The notes: generated by a model from the sequence alone, not told the origin. 64,000 nucleotides of DNA from Pseudomonadota bacterium (GCA_021848325.1 JAJZUU010000008.1:3393-67392); one strand, 5' to 3'; positions 45,732-56,283 are shown, numbered from the stretch's first letter. A program made the numbers and translations.

Positions 45732-47095
45732 GGTTCGCTCCCTGATCGATGGTTGGTGGTCGGCAGTTCCCCGCCCATGAGGGTTTGCAGCGCGACTCGC
45801 TGTTCCAGTAAAGACTGTTCCAGGGCGACCGCTTCCATGCGCTTGGCAAGCCACGCGCCGCGCAGCTTGGTATAGGAAAGTTCGTCCAGGTCTCCGGCGC
45901 GATACGCCGCCGCGGAGGCGGGCAGCACCCGGGCCATCCTGCCTGCCGCGTCTTTCACGCCATGAAGCTGCTTTTCGAGCAGCGCCTGATCGGACAAAAT
46001 CCGGTCGATCCCGCCCGCCGCGCCGTTCAAACGCATTTGAAACTCGTCGTACAGGCGCCGGCGCGTGGCCTTCTCGATGGCAATGTTGCCCCGGTTGCGG
46101 TTGAAGATCGGCAAGGACAGGGTGATACCGAAACCCCGGGTGTACAGCCCGCTGGTGTCCCGGGCGCGGGTCAGCCCGATATTGATGGCGGGAAACTGGG
46201 CGAGTACGGCCTGCCGGAAGCGCAGCTCCTGGCTTTCGTAGCCGGCTTGCAGGGCGAGCAGATCCGGCCTGCGCCGGGCCAGGTCCGCGAGCGCGGCCCG
46301 GACCTTGGCCCCGTCCAGTGGCGGCAGGTCGGCATCCCCCACCAGGCGCGGCTTCGCGTCCGGCGCCAGGCCGAGAAGCGCATTCAGGTCGTGGCGGTTG
46401 GCGCTCATCCGGCGTTCGGTATCGTTGATCCTGCGGTCCACGTCCTGCATCGCAGAGAGTTCCGCGGTGCTCGCTTCCAGGGTGGCGTTGCCGGCCTCCA
46501 GGGCCTGCGCCACGCTGTTGTAGCGCCGCGCGAACATGGCGCGCTCGTCGCCCAGGAGATCCATGAGCCGTTGCTGCTCCAGATTGCGCACAAACAGGAG
46601 ACGGGCCCGGCTCACCACCTGCCACTCCTGCCAAAGCAGGGTGAGGTCGGTCTGGCGGCGCGCGGCCTCTGCCGCACCCTTGGCGGCGGAGCGGGTCAGC
46701 AGCGCGCTGACGTCGTAGCTCAAGCCCAGATTGAAGGCACTGGTATTGCCGGGGCCGCCGTTGGTGGGGGAATCCGCGGCCAGGCCGATTTGGGGGTCCG
46801 GCAGCAGACCGGCGGCAAACGCCTGGGCGCGGGCAATGCCCGCTTCGTCCCGCGCCACCTTGAGGGCCGGATTATTGGCGACCGCAAGCATGGCCACTTC
46901 CGTCATGTCCAGGCCATCGCCCGGGTCGAATTTATGGCGGGCGAGTTCCGGAAGCGGCATTTGCGCCGGGTTTATGCTCAAATGCGGCACCTGCCGCGGC
47001 AAGTCCGGCCGGGGGCTCAGGGGCTTCGCCTGGTACGTCGCGCAGCCGGCCGGGCCCGTCAACAGGATCAAAATCACTATCGGGAGTTTTTTCAT
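45728..47095 (-). CDS. Efflux outer membrane factor lipoprotein (TolC/NodT family)
   Basis: Lipobox (LLTGPAGC) and two OEP-like repeats. Confidence 0.85.
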   Translation of the reverse strand: MKKLPIVILILLTGPAGCATYQAKPLSPRPDLPRQVPHLSINPAQMPLPELARHKFDPGDGLDMTEVAMLAVANNPALKVARDEAGIARAQAFAAGLLPDPQIGLAADSPTNGGPGNTSAFNLGLSYDVSALLTRSAAKGAAEAARRQTDLTLLWQEWQVVSRARLLFVRNLEQQRLMDLLGDERAMFARRYNSVAQALEAGNATLEASTAELSAMQDVDRRINDTERRMSANRHDLNALLGLAPDAKPRLVGDADLPPLDGAKVRAALADLARRRPDLLALQAGYESQELRFRQAVLAQFPAINIGLTRARDTSGLYTRGFGITLSLPIFNRNRGNIAIEKATRRRLYDEFQMRLNGAAGGIDRILSDQALLEKQLHGVKDAAGRMARVLPASAAAYRAGDLDELSYTKLRGAWLAKRMEAVALEQSLLEQRVALQTLMGGELPTTNHRSGSEP

Positions 47096-47123
47096 TCGCG
47101 TTCTTCCGGCGAAGGGGGGCGCG

Positions 47124-47699
47124 CTACCGCCTCAGATCGAACATCTCGGAGAACGCGCCCCGCCCCGACCACTGGTGCAAGGCCGCCATCGCGCCATGAC
47201 CGCCCAGGTAGATCCACATGAAGGTCGCCATGAAACCGTGCGATTCCTTGACCGCGTGAACGACGGGAGACGCGGAACCGTCCGCGCCCATGCCGAAATA
47301 CAGGACGGCGCCGGTTGCCCCCATGGCCGTCGCCGCAAGCAGGCCCAGGCCGTGGACACCGCCCGCCAGCGCCTCGGACTCCGGAATCTGCTTCAGCCGC
47401 GACGCGACCAGTTGTCTCATCTCCCGGCCCACGGCGGCCCGGCGCGGAGCCGCAAACCAGGGAAACAGATGGCCCATCCCGTCTGTCGTATGCCCGCTGA
47501 GTTGCCACAGCCAGTGCATCCCCAGCAGCCCGAACACCGCCAGGCCCAGCGTTGCGTGGGCGTGGTACAGGGCGCCGGCGATGCCGCCGACGGGCGCGCC
47601 CGGCTCGGGGACCTCCATCACCAAGCTGAGGACCAACTGCAGGGTTATCCCCAATGCGGTGCCCGCGTGCAGCCAACGGGTCACTTTGTCGTATTTCAT
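47124..47699 (-). CDS. Cytochrome b561-family membrane protein
   Basis: YDKVTRWLHAGTALGITLQLVL, four TM segments with conserved His residues. It is the first gene of the efflux operon. Confidence 0.65.
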   Translation of the reverse strand: MKYDKVTRWLHAGTALGITLQLVLSLVMEVPEPGAPVGGIAGALYHAHATLGLAVFGLLGMHWLWQLSGHTTDGMGHLFPWFAAPRRAAVGREMRQLVASRLKQIPESEALAGGVHGLGLLAATAMGATGAVLYFGMGADGSASPVVHAVKESHGFMATFMWIYLGGHGAMAALHQWSGRGAFSEMFDLRR

Positions 47700-47997
47700 G
47701 TCGTCTCTCCCGTCTTGGGTGAATACAAAAGCGCACGACCGCAATATTGCCGGAGTTGTCTTAAGAGATCCTTAAAAGAGAGGGATCCGTCGGCCCGGAA
47801 AAAAACCGAGGTGGGGCGAACAGGCGGAGCGGAGGTAAATAGCTATAGGGATTGATGCGATCCGTTCAAGAAGGGCCAGGAGCCTGGTCGCTAAATTCCA
47901 AGGAAGATGCGTTTGAGGAGACCGGCGGAGCAAACGGAGATCCCGATGACGGACGCCGGGACAAGATTTATGTACGCCAACGGCGGTAAAATGTGAC

Positions 47998-48029
47998 CCT
48001 GACCCTATATCGTCCTGACCCTATATCGT
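47998..48029. repeat. Perfect tandem duplication 2 x 16 bp (cctgaccctatatcgt)
   Basis: Read directly from the sequence. It lies at the 5' break of a transposase remnant. Confidence 0.9.
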
Positions 48030-48189
48030 CAAGAAACGCCTCCACCTGGACGCCTCGCTCTACACTTTGCTACAGATTTTTTCGCTCACCCTGTTCGAGC
48101 AGATGCCCATCCGGCAAGCCTTTGCGGGCAGTTGCTACAAATCAGAACAGGGCGATAACTTCAATCAATTGGATCTATTCGCGTTTTAA
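48019..48189 (+). pseudogene. C-terminal remnant of a DDE transposase (IS4/IS5-like tail)
   Basis: The frame reads PYIVKKRLHLDASLYTLLQIFSLTLFEQMPIRQAFAGSCYKSEQGDNFNQLDLFAF-stop. It resembles the conserved tails of IS4-type transposases. An in-frame stop at 48016 truncates it on the 5' side. Confidence 0.4.
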
Positions 48190-48496
48190 CCGGACAGCAG
48201 TGAAAATTCTTCAAATATCCGCTCCGGGACTTGGCCAATGCCTTCGCCTTTGCGGTCGGCCAAGAAAGCTCAATGAACCGGCGCCATCGGCCCGAAGCGG
48301 CCGCTATACGGTTGCCCGGTTGACCCACTTCGTACGGCTCCCCTGCTCCCGGTGTAGTGCTTCGTTCTGTTTGGAACTTGTTGCTGCGCGAGACAAGGAG
48401 TGCCCCCTTCCATACCAAGGCGTTGAAAATCCGGGGAACGTCCTAATTCCAATTTACAGATAAAAACGTTAATCCTATAGCCATGATATTACGGGA

Positions 48497-48733
48497 GTGC
48501 GATCATGGCGCGGAAAGCGAGTGGAGCGGCTCAACGAGGAGATTCGCCGCCGTGAACGTGTGATTCGCATCTTTCCGAATGACGAATCGGCATTACGTCT
48601 GATCGGAGCCCTGCTGGCCGAGCACAACGAAACCTGGCAGGAACGCCGCTACCTTGATATGGACGATTTCAGGGAGTGGGCCGCGGCTCACGCCGCCGGC
48701 GAGGGTCAAAACGTTGTTGCCCTCGCCGGCTGA
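48497..48733 (+). pseudogene. C-terminal fragment of an IS256-family (mutator-type) transposase
   Basis: ERLNEEIRRRERVIRIFPNDESALRLIGALLAEHNETWQERRYLDM matches the conserved IS256 C-terminus. The N-terminal roughly 330 aa are absent. Confidence 0.75.
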
Positions 48734-48831
48734 AGAACCATCCGCCATTGACTGAGCCGAAGGATATTTACAGCAGATTTTGGACTTGACTCACCAACTT
48801 GACGATTCAACGCCACTTAATTCTAATTTCA

Positions 48832-48925
48832 GGGCTCGCCAAACGGGTGAACCTCGGAATTATGGGTAAGAAATTTAGAATCATGATGCTGAAATCCAGA
48901 TGGAGCGGTCAACTGCCGTTGCTAG
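48832..48925 (+). repeat. Repeat family 2, short form (copy B), abutting MITE-1 copy 4
   Basis: gggctcgccaaacgggtgaacc...gctgaaatccagatggagcggtcaactgccgttgctag. Its terminal CTAG is shared with MITE-1 copy 4. Confidence 0.6.
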
Positions 48926-49089
48926 GAGCCTGTCGGACTTGAAGAATCGAAGCGAAAATTCGGCTGGCCGAGGACAGATTTTGTCGATTTTGCAGGTCAA
49001 TAGTCGTTCTATTGACCAAAAAAGCGGCGAAATATGGACCGGTCAGGCGGATTTGCAGCCGATTTCCTTTAAGTCCGACAGGCTCCTAG
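48922..49089 (+). mobile_element. MITE-1 copy 4 (168 bp; 39-bp internal deletion)
   Basis: It has the same TIRs and CTAG flanks as the other copies. The segment gcgggtcaggcaggcaagccgcgtagcggctgctcgcaa is missing. Confidence 0.9.
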
Positions 49090-49217
49090 GTTCATCAAAC
49101 CGTGCCTTCTCCCGCACACGGCTTTGCGATGTTCTTCACGCCAAGGCATGCGCCGAGCGCCAACCCGCCGCCGCGGGAACCCCGTACAGCCCCTAGCGCC
49201 CGTATAGAAACGCCGCT

Positions 49218-49772
49218 TTAACCGGTACGCGGCCGGTTGCCCGCCTGGCGGCCCCGGCTCAATGCGTCGTGCAGCCCGGAAGCGAGCGCCGAAAGAAAGA
49301 CCAACACAAATAATTGCGGCAACCAGTCGGAGGCGTTGATCAACGCGGCCGTCTGGGCCAGCACCACCGAGATCACGACGAACTCCAGGGCCGTGTGGAT
49401 CTTGCCCGGCAAAGAGGGGGCCACCGTGAGGCTGCCCGCGGCCAGGCGGCACGCCATCGCCCCCGCCAGCATCAGCCCGTCCCGGGCCAGGAGCGTGAAG
49501 GCGAGCCATGGCGGCAGCAGGGAAAGCCAGGCAAGCATAACCACGGAGGAAAGGATCATCAGCTTGTCCGCGGCCGCGTCCAGGGCCGCGCCGAGGCGGG
49601 TGGTCTGGCCCAGGCGCCGGGCCAGATAGCCGTCCAGCGCGTCGCTTGCTCCGGCGGCGGCAAAGACCGTCAGGGCGGCACCGTAGGCTTCCCGCGACAG
49701 GAGATACGCCACGGCCGGGGCCAGCAGCAGCCGCGCCCCGCTAATGATGTTGGGCCAATTGAACACAGGCAC
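49218..49772 (-). CDS. CDP-alcohol phosphatidyltransferase (PgsA-like)
   Basis: DALDGYLARRLGQTTRLGAALDAAADK fits the DG(x)2AR(x)8G(x)3D(x)3D motif. The GTG start at 49772 was chosen to avoid overlap with hemF. Confidence 0.8.
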   Translation of the reverse strand: MPVFNWPNIISGARLLLAPAVAYLLSREAYGAALTVFAAAGASDALDGYLARRLGQTTRLGAALDAAADKLMILSSVVMLAWLSLLPPWLAFTLLARDGLMLAGAMACRLAAGSLTVAPSLPGKIHTALEFVVISVVLAQTAALINASDWLPQLFVLVFLSALASGLHDALSRGRQAGNRPRTG

Positions 49773-49779
49773 CCCCGCC

Positions 49780-50679
49780 CTATTCCAGCCAATCCCTGGC
49801 GACCAGGAAGTCGCGATACAGTCGCGCCTCCGGGCTGCCTGCCGCGGGCTGCCAATCATAGCGCCAGCGCACCAGGGGCGGGAGCGACATCAGGATGGAC
49901 TCGACGCGGCCGCCGGATTGCAGTCCGAACAGGGTTCCCCGGTCGTACACCAGATTGAACTCCACGTAGCGGCCGCGCCGGTAGGCCTGGAAATCCCGTT
50001 CCCGCTCGCCGTAGGGGAGTTGCATGCGGCGTTCGACGATAGGCAGATAGGCGGGCAGGAAATGGCCGCCGATGCTTTGCACGAGGCCCAAAGCGGGGGA
50101 GAAGCCGCCTTCGCTGAAGTCGTCGAAAAAGATGCCGCCGATGCCCCGGGGCTCCTGGCGGTGCGGCAAAAAGAAGTAGTCGTCGCACCACCGCTTGAAG
50201 CGCGGGTAGTAGTCCTCCCCGAACGGCTCAAGGGCGCCGCGGCAGGTACGGTGGAAATGCACCGCGTCCTCCGCGAAACCATAGACCGGCGTCAGGTCCA
50301 TGCCCCCGCCGAACCACCAGACCGGTTCCCCGCCCGGGGTCCGGGCGGCCAGGCAGCGCAGGTTCATGTGAACCGTGGGGACATAAGGGTTGCGCGGGTG
50401 AAAGACCAGGGATACGCCGAGGGCCTCGTAGCTGCCGCCGGCGAGTTCCGGGTGGCGGACGCTGGCCGTGGGCGGGAGGCTGGCGCCGAGCACATGGGAG
50501 AAGTTGACCCCGCCCCGTTCCAGCAAGGCGCCGTCTTCCAGCACGCAGGTCAGGCCGCCACCGCCTTCCGGCCGTTCCCAGGCGTCCCGGCGGAAGCGGC
50601 CCCCGTCCAACCGCTCCATGCGCTGGACGATGAGCCCCTGCAGATCGAGCATGAACCTTCTTACCTCACCGATATCCAT
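49780..50679 (-). CDS. hemF: Oxygen-dependent coproporphyrinogen III oxidase
   Basis: [43 protein letters not shown]. Confidence 0.95.
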   Translation of the reverse strand: MDIGEVRRFMLDLQGLIVQRMERLDGGRFRRDAWERPEGGGGLTCVLEDGALLERGGVNFSHVLGASLPPTASVRHPELAGGSYEALGVSLVFHPRNPYVPTVHMNLRCLAARTPGGEPVWWFGGGMDLTPVYGFAEDAVHFHRTCRGALEPFGEDYYPRFKRWCDDYFFLPHRQEPRGIGGIFFDDFSEGGFSPALGLVQSIGGHFLPAYLPIVERRMQLPYGERERDFQAYRRGRYVEFNLVYDRGTLFGLQSGGRVESILMSLPPLVRWRYDWQPAAGSPEARLYRDFLVARDWLE

Positions 50680-50725
50680 GGCTCCCTCCGTTGTTGCCGG
50701 GGCCGGCGAAAACCGCAGCAGGCAG

Positions 50726-51271
50726 CTATCCTCGCAGCACCCTGCCGCTGTGAAAATCGATAATCGTCGATGGATTCTTGCGCCGGCCTATCCTCCCCGC
50801 CACCACCAGCACCCGGTGTCCGAACGCCCGCCGGCAGGCCGCCGCGGTCTTGAGGGGCTGGCGGCCGGCGCGGTTGGCGCTGGTGGACACCAGGGCCATG
50901 CCCAGGGCCTGGCATAGGCGCGCCGCGTCGTGATGGGCGGTGACCCGCACCGCCAGGGTGTCGCGGCCCCCGGTGAGCCAGTGCGGGGTGCGCCGCGCGG
51001 CCGGCAGCAGCAGGGTGGTGGGGCCCGGCCAGTAGCGCCCCAGGGTGGCCCGCGCGGGGCCGGGCAAGGGCGCCAGATAGCGTTCCAACTGCCCGAATTC
51101 GCTGGCGATGAGGATCAGGCCCTTGGCCGCGGGGCGTCCCTTGATGCGCAGCAGCCTGCGCACCGCCCGATAGTTGCGCGGGTCGCAGCCGAGGCCGTAA
51201 CACGACTCGGTCGGGTAGGCGATGACGCCGCCCCTCGCCAAGCGGGCCCGGATCGCCGGGATGTCGGCCAT
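50726..51271 (-). CDS. tsaC: L-threonylcarbamoyladenylate synthase (YrdC/TsaC type)
   Basis: [41 protein letters not shown]. Confidence 0.85.
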   Translation of the reverse strand: MADIPAIRARLARGGVIAYPTESCYGLGCDPRNYRAVRRLLRIKGRPAAKGLILIASEFGQLERYLAPLPGPARATLGRYWPGPTTLLLPAARRTPHWLTGGRDTLAVRVTAHHDAARLCQALGMALVSTSANRAGRQPLKTAAACRRAFGHRVLVVAGRIGRRKNPSTIIDFHSGRVLRG

Positions 51272-51311
51272 AAACGGGGAGGCGGCACCCTTGCGGCAGG
51301 AAGACCAGGCG

Positions 51312-51821
51312 TTAGGAGCCCTGGAGCTTGGCCTGCAGCGCATCGTCCTTGGCGATCACCTGCTGGGCGGCGGCGTTCCGTTCCTGTTGCAGCCGCCGGA
51401 ATAAAACATCGTCCGCCACCGCCAGGACCTGGGCGGCGAGGTAGGCCGCGTTGCGGGCGCCCGCCTTGCCGATGGCCACCGAGGCGACGGGGATGCCCCC
51501 GGGCATCTGCACGGTGGAAAGCAGCGCATCGAACCCGTTCAACGGCCCGCCTTCCATCGGCACGCCGATCACCGGGCGCAGGGTGTGGGCGGCCACCACC
51601 CCCGCCAGGTGCGCGGCCAGCCCGGCGGCGGCGATGAACACCCGGCAGCCCCTGGCCTCGGCGGCCTGGACGTAATCCATGGTCTGCGCGGGAGTGCGGT
51701 GAGCCGAGGTAATCTTGACTTCCCACGGCACGCCGAGGCTGGTCAGGGTGTCCAGGGTGTTTTGCATGGTGGGCAGGTCGGAGTCGGAGCCCATCAAAAC
51801 GGCGACAAACGGTTGGGGCAT
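51312..51821 (-). CDS. purE: N5-carboxyaminoimidazole ribonucleotide mutase
   Basis: [40 protein letters not shown]. Confidence 0.95.
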   Translation of the reverse strand: MPQPFVAVLMGSDSDLPTMQNTLDTLTSLGVPWEVKITSAHRTPAQTMDYVQAAEARGCRVFIAAAGLAAHLAGVVAAHTLRPVIGVPMEGGPLNGFDALLSTVQMPGGIPVASVAIGKAGARNAAYLAAQVLAVADDVLFRRLQQERNAAAQQVIAKDDALQAKLQGS

Positions 51822-51866
51822 GATCCCATTCCTCGAAATATGCGAACCCCGAACGCCCGGGGCACT

Positions 51867-53144
51867 TCAGCGCGCCTTCTTGCCGATGGCGCGGTAGCCG
51901 ATGTCGCGCCGCATCTGGCAGCCGTCGAAGCGGATCTGGTCGGCGATTTCATAGGCGCGGCGTTGCGCCAGCTTCACGTTGTCCCCGAGGGCGGTGGCGC
52001 ACAGCACGCGCCCCCCGGCGGTGACCACCTCACTGCCGCGCAGGGCGGTGCCGGCGTGGAACACATGGTAATCCTCGCCCGGGGCGGGCAGCCCGTGAAT
52101 CGCGTCTCCCGCACGCGGTTTGTCCGGATAACCGTGGGCGGCCAGGACCACACCCAGGGCGGAACGCCGGTCCCACTCCGCCTCGGCCTTGTCCAGGGTG
52201 GCGTTGACGGCATGTTCCAGCAGGCCCACCAGATCGCTCCTCAGGCGCAGCATGATGGGCTGGGTCTCCGGGTCGCCCATGCGGCAGTTGAACTCCAGGA
52301 CCTTGGGGTTCCCCTGCGGGTCAATCATCAGCCCCGCATACAGGAACCCGGTGTAGGGCTCGCCGTCCCGCTTCATGCCGGCCACCGCGGGCAGGATGAT
52401 CTCCCGCATGACGCGGCCGTGCCTCTCCGGGGTGATCACCGGCGCCGGCGAATAGGCGCCCATGCCGCCGGTGTTGGGCCCTTGGTCCCCGTCCTGCAGG
52501 CGCTTGTGGTCCTGGCTGGTGGCCAGCGGCAGCACGTGCTCCCCGTCGCACATGACGATGAAGCTCGCCTCCTCGCCCTCCAGGAACTCTTCGATCACCA
52601 GCCGCGCTCCGGCCTGTCCCACCTTGCCGCCCGGCAGCATTCCATCCACTGCGGCGTGGGCTTCCTCGCGGCTGGTCGCCACCACCACCCCCTTGCCGGC
52701 GGCGAGGCCGTCAGCCTTGATCACGATGGGCACCGGCTGCACGTCGATGTAGGTGTGGGCCTTGGCCGGGTCGGTAAAGGTGACGTAGGAGGCCGTAGGA
52801 ATGCCGTGCCGCACCATGAAGGCCTTGGCGAAATCCTTGGAGCTTTCCAGTTGCGCCGCGCGCCGGGTGGGGCCGAAGATCTTCAACCCCGCTTCGCGGA
52901 AGGCATCCACCACCCCTTCCGCCAGGGACGATTCCGGGCCCACCACCGTAAGGGCGATGGACTCCCGCTGCGCGAACGCGACCAGCTCCGGGACGCTGCC
53001 GAGGGGCACGTTGGTCAGGCCCTCCTCGCGCGCCGTGCCCGCGTTGCCGGGCGCAACGAATACCTTGTACACCCGCGGCGACTGGGCGAGCTTCCAGGCG
53101 AGAGCATGCTCCCTGCCGCCACCGCCTATTACGAGAAGATTCAT
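51867..53144 (-). CDS. purD: Phosphoribosylamine-glycine ligase
   Basis: MNLLVIGGGGREHALAWKLAQS, ATP-grasp core. Confidence 0.95.
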   Translation of the reverse strand: MNLLVIGGGGREHALAWKLAQSPRVYKVFVAPGNAGTAREEGLTNVPLGSVPELVAFAQRESIALTVVGPESSLAEGVVDAFREAGLKIFGPTRRAAQLESSKDFAKAFMVRHGIPTASYVTFTDPAKAHTYIDVQPVPIVIKADGLAAGKGVVVATSREEAHAAVDGMLPGGKVGQAGARLVIEEFLEGEEASFIVMCDGEHVLPLATSQDHKRLQDGDQGPNTGGMGAYSPAPVITPERHGRVMREIILPAVAGMKRDGEPYTGFLYAGLMIDPQGNPKVLEFNCRMGDPETQPIMLRLRSDLVGLLEHAVNATLDKAEAEWDRRSALGVVLAAHGYPDKPRAGDAIHGLPAPGEDYHVFHAGTALRGSEVVTAGGRVLCATALGDNVKLAQRRAYEIADQIRFDGCQMRRDIGYRAIGKKAR

Positions 53145-53211
53145 ACCTTGGACAACCCTGTAATTGTTGCGCCGCCGGGGCGCGGTTCGCCCCGGCGGCC
53201 CATTGCTAAGC

Positions 53212-54774
53212 TCAATGCCGGAAGTGCCTGGCCCCGGTGAAAACCATCGCGACGCCGTGCTCGTCGGCGGCGGCGATCACCTCGTCGTCCCGGATGCTGC
53301 CCCCCGGCTGGATGACCGCCTTGGCCCCCGCCGCAGCCACCACGTCCACCCCGTCGCGAAACGGGAAGAAGGCATCGGAGGCGACCGCCGAACCCTCCAG
53401 GCTGAGGCCGGCGTTGTGCGCCTTGATCGAGGCGATGCGCGTGCTGTCGACCCGGCTCATCTGGCCGGCCCCGACCCCCAGGGTGCGGCCGTCGGCGACG
53501 AACACGATGGCGTTGGACTTGACGAACTTGGCCACGCGCCAGCCGAACAGCAGATCGGTCAGTTGCTGCGGCGAAGGCTGCGCCTTGGTGACGACCCGCA
53601 GGTCGGCAGTGCCGACATTGAGGGTATCCGGGGTCTGTACCAGGAGCCCGCCGCCGACCCGCTTGAAGTCGATGGCATTGGCGTTCCGCTCCAGGGCGAG
53701 TGAAAGCAGGCGGATGTTGGGTTTCTGCGCGAATACCTTGGCGGCCTCGGCGGAGACCCCCGGCGCGATCACCACCTCCACGAACTGCTGGATGACCGCC
53801 TCCGCCGTGGCCCGGTCCAGTTCCCGGTTGAAGGCGATGATGCCGCCGAAGGCCGAGGTGGGGTCGGTGGCGAAGGCCAGGCGATAGGCCGCCGGCAGGT
53901 CGGGGGCGACCGCCACGCCGCAGGGGTTCGCGTGCTTGACGATGACGCAGGCCGGCGCATCGAAGGTCTTGACGCATTCCCAGGCGGCGTCCGAGTCTGC
54001 GATGTTGTTGTAGGAAAGCTCCTTGCCCATGAGCTGGGTGTAGCCGCTGACGGAACCGGGCACCGCGCGCGCGTCCCGGTAGAACGCGCCGCGCTGGTGC
54101 GGGTTTTCCCCGTAGCGCAGGTCCTGGACCTTGGCGAACTGCATGGTCAGGTTTTCCGGGAACGGCTGCGGCTTGTTTTCGCTGTCCAGGCCGGTGAGGT
54201 AGTTGCTGATCGCCCCGTCATAGGCCGCGGTGTGGGAAAAGGCCTTTTTCGCCAGGCTGAAGCGGGTGTGAGCGCTCACCGCCCCGTTTGTGGCGGCCAA
54301 TTCGGCAAGCAAGGGGGCATAGTCGTGGGGATCGGTGACCACCGCCACGTGCTGGTAGTTCTTGGCCGCGGCGCGCACCATGGTCGGCCCGCCGATGTCG
54401 ATGTTCTCGATCGCTTCTTCCAGCGAGCAGCCCGGCTTGGCCACCGTCCGGCTGAAGGGGTAGAGGTTCACCGCCACCAGGTCGATCTCCGGGAACCCCG
54501 CCTGCTCCATGGCCGCCCTGTGCTCGGGGAGGTCACGCCGGGCCAGGATGCCGGCGTGGATCTTCGGGTGCAGGGTCTTTACCCTGCCGTCCAGCATTTC
54601 CGGGAAGCCGGTGAAGTCCGCCACCTCGATTACGGGCAGGCCCCCCTGGGACAGCATCTTGGCCGTGCCGCCGGTGGAAAGGATTTCGACACCGAGGCGA
54701 TGCAGGGCGGATGCGAAATCCACGATGCCCGCCTTGTCTGAAACGCTGATAAGCGCACGTTTGATCATCGTCAT
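53212..54774 (-). CDS. purH: Bifunctional AICAR transformylase / IMP cyclohydrolase
   Basis: [16 protein letters not shown]...STGGTAK...[13 protein letters not shown] and the C-terminal RHFRH. Confidence 0.95.
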   Translation of the reverse strand: MTMIKRALISVSDKAGIVDFASALHRLGVEILSTGGTAKMLSQGGLPVIEVADFTGFPEMLDGRVKTLHPKIHAGILARRDLPEHRAAMEQAGFPEIDLVAVNLYPFSRTVAKPGCSLEEAIENIDIGGPTMVRAAAKNYQHVAVVTDPHDYAPLLAELAATNGAVSAHTRFSLAKKAFSHTAAYDGAISNYLTGLDSENKPQPFPENLTMQFAKVQDLRYGENPHQRGAFYRDARAVPGSVSGYTQLMGKELSYNNIADSDAAWECVKTFDAPACVIVKHANPCGVAVAPDLPAAYRLAFATDPTSAFGGIIAFNRELDRATAEAVIQQFVEVVIAPGVSAEAAKVFAQKPNIRLLSLALERNANAIDFKRVGGGLLVQTPDTLNVGTADLRVVTKAQPSPQQLTDLLFGWRVAKFVKSNAIVFVADGRTLGVGAGQMSRVDSTRIASIKAHNAGLSLEGSAVASDAFFPFRDGVDVVAAAGAKAVIQPGGSIRDDEVIAAADEHGVAMVFTGARHFRH

Positions 54775-54863
54775 TGCTTAAGCCTTGGTTTTGGTTGTTT
54801 TTCCGTGATGGCGGGGCGCTTGCTACGCTCGCCGCGCCGGGTTTGCGGATGGCGCGGGGCCAG

Positions 54864-55100
54864 CTAGGTGATGCCGTGCTCCTTCATCTTCTTGCGCAGG
54901 GTGTTGCGGTTGAGTCCCAGCAATTCGGCCGCCCGGGTCTGGTTGCCCCGGGTGTGGTTCAGCACCACCTCCAACAGGGGTTTTTCCACGCTGCCCATCA
55001 CCATGTCGTAGATGGCGCAGGGCCGTTCCCCGTCCAGGTCGGTGAAATAGTCCGCTAGAGCCTTGCGCACGCAGGCGGCGATTTCGCCTTCTTTTATCAT
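54864..55100 (-). CDS. fis: DNA-binding protein Fis
   Basis: 78 aa. The C-terminal HTH is GNQTRAAELLGLNRNTLRKKMKEHGI. It lies downstream of dusB. Confidence 0.9.
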   Translation of the reverse strand: MIKEGEIAACVRKALADYFTDLDGERPCAIYDMVMGSVEKPLLEVVLNHTRGNQTRAAELLGLNRNTLRKKMKEHGIT

Positions 55101-55138
55101 CTCGCCAAGTACCTTATTTTATAGGGGGCAAGGCGGCC

Positions 55139-56152
55139 TCAGGCCGCCGCCAGCGGCCCCCAATTATACGTGAGATGTCTCCCCAGGGCGGCCTGCTGCC
55201 GGAACAGCTCATCCACCGCCGTCATCTGCCCGGACGAGGTTTGCAGCCGGTTCATGGCGTGACGGAAGCCGGCCGAGCCGGCGAGCCCCCTGGAATACCA
55301 GGAGATGTGCTTGCGCGCCATCCGGACCCCCGAATACTCCCCGTAGAAGCCGTAGAGATCCGCCAGGTGCTCCTTCAGCAACTGGTGGATCTCGGCCACT
55401 TCGGGGGGTGGCAGGGTTTCGCCGGTCGCCAGGTAGTGCGCGATCTCGCGGAAGATCCAGGGCCTGCCCTGGGCCCCCCGGCCGATCATGATCCCGTCCG
55501 CGCCGGTGGCGTCGAGCACCTGCCGGGCCTTTTGCGGGGAGGTGATGTCGCCGTTGGCGATGATGGGGATTTTGGCACAGGCCTTCAGGGCGGCGATGGT
55601 ATCGTACTCGGCCTCGCCGGAATAGCCGCAGGCGCGGGTCCTGCCGTGCACAGCCAGGGCCCGGACGCCGGAATTCTCGGCGATGCGCAGGATGTTGAGG
55701 GCGTTTCTGTGCTCCTGGTCCCATCCTGTGCGGATCTTCAGTGTCACCGGGATGTCGACCGCCGCCACCACCGCATCGAGGATGCGGGCGACCAGGGGCT
55801 CGTCCCGCAGCAGCGCCGAGCCCGCCATCACGTTGCAGATCTTCTTGGCCGGGCAGCCCATGTTGATATCTATGATCCGGGCCCCCTGGTCGGCGTTGTA
55901 CCGGGCCGTTTGCGCCAGCATCGCCGGGTCGGCCCCCACGATCTGCACCGAGACCGGCTCGGGCTCGCCCTCATGGTTGGCGCGCCGCCGGGTCTTCTCG
56001 CTGCCCCACAGCAGGGAGTTGCTGGCCACCATCTCCGACACCGCCATGCCCGCCCCCAGGCGCCGGCAAAGCTGGCGGAACGGGCGGTCGGTCACCCCCG
56101 CCATGGGGGCCAGGATGAGGTTGTTTTTCAGGGTATAGGGGCCGATCTGCAT
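55139..56152 (-). CDS. dusB: tRNA dihydrouridine synthase B
   Basis: MQIGPYTLKNNLILAPMAGVTDRPFRQLCR, IDINMGCPAKK. Confidence 0.95.
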   Translation of the reverse strand: MQIGPYTLKNNLILAPMAGVTDRPFRQLCRRLGAGMAVSEMVASNSLLWGSEKTRRRANHEGEPEPVSVQIVGADPAMLAQTARYNADQGARIIDINMGCPAKKICNVMAGSALLRDEPLVARILDAVVAAVDIPVTLKIRTGWDQEHRNALNILRIAENSGVRALAVHGRTRACGYSGEAEYDTIAALKACAKIPIIANGDITSPQKARQVLDATGADGIMIGRGAQGRPWIFREIAHYLATGETLPPPEVAEIHQLLKEHLADLYGFYGEYSGVRMARKHISWYSRGLAGSAGFRHAMNRLQTSSGQMTAVDELFRQQAALGRHLTYNWGPLAAA

Positions 56153-56283
56153 CCGTTGTTTCCGATATCGATGTCTGGAATTTCCGCCACGGTGAAGAGG
56201 GGAATCATAGACCAGAAAAGCCGTCGCAAACAAGGTTTGGGCTGCCTATTTCGGCAATCGCCGGCGCGAAGGGCGCCGTGCCG

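Noticed and set aside
47993-48463. A 156-aa ORF spanning the region of IS remnants.
   Set aside because: It starts inside the tandem duplication and runs in a different frame from the transposase-like tail. It is Cys/Arg/Ser-rich with no motifs, and the local GC content is low. I judge it spurious.
48190-48496. Possible frameshifted upstream part of the IS256-family transposase, or a hidden ncRNA, in the 300 bp before the fragment.
   Set aside because: Translating all six frames by eye gave no IS256-like motifs. I cannot support any call here without a database search.
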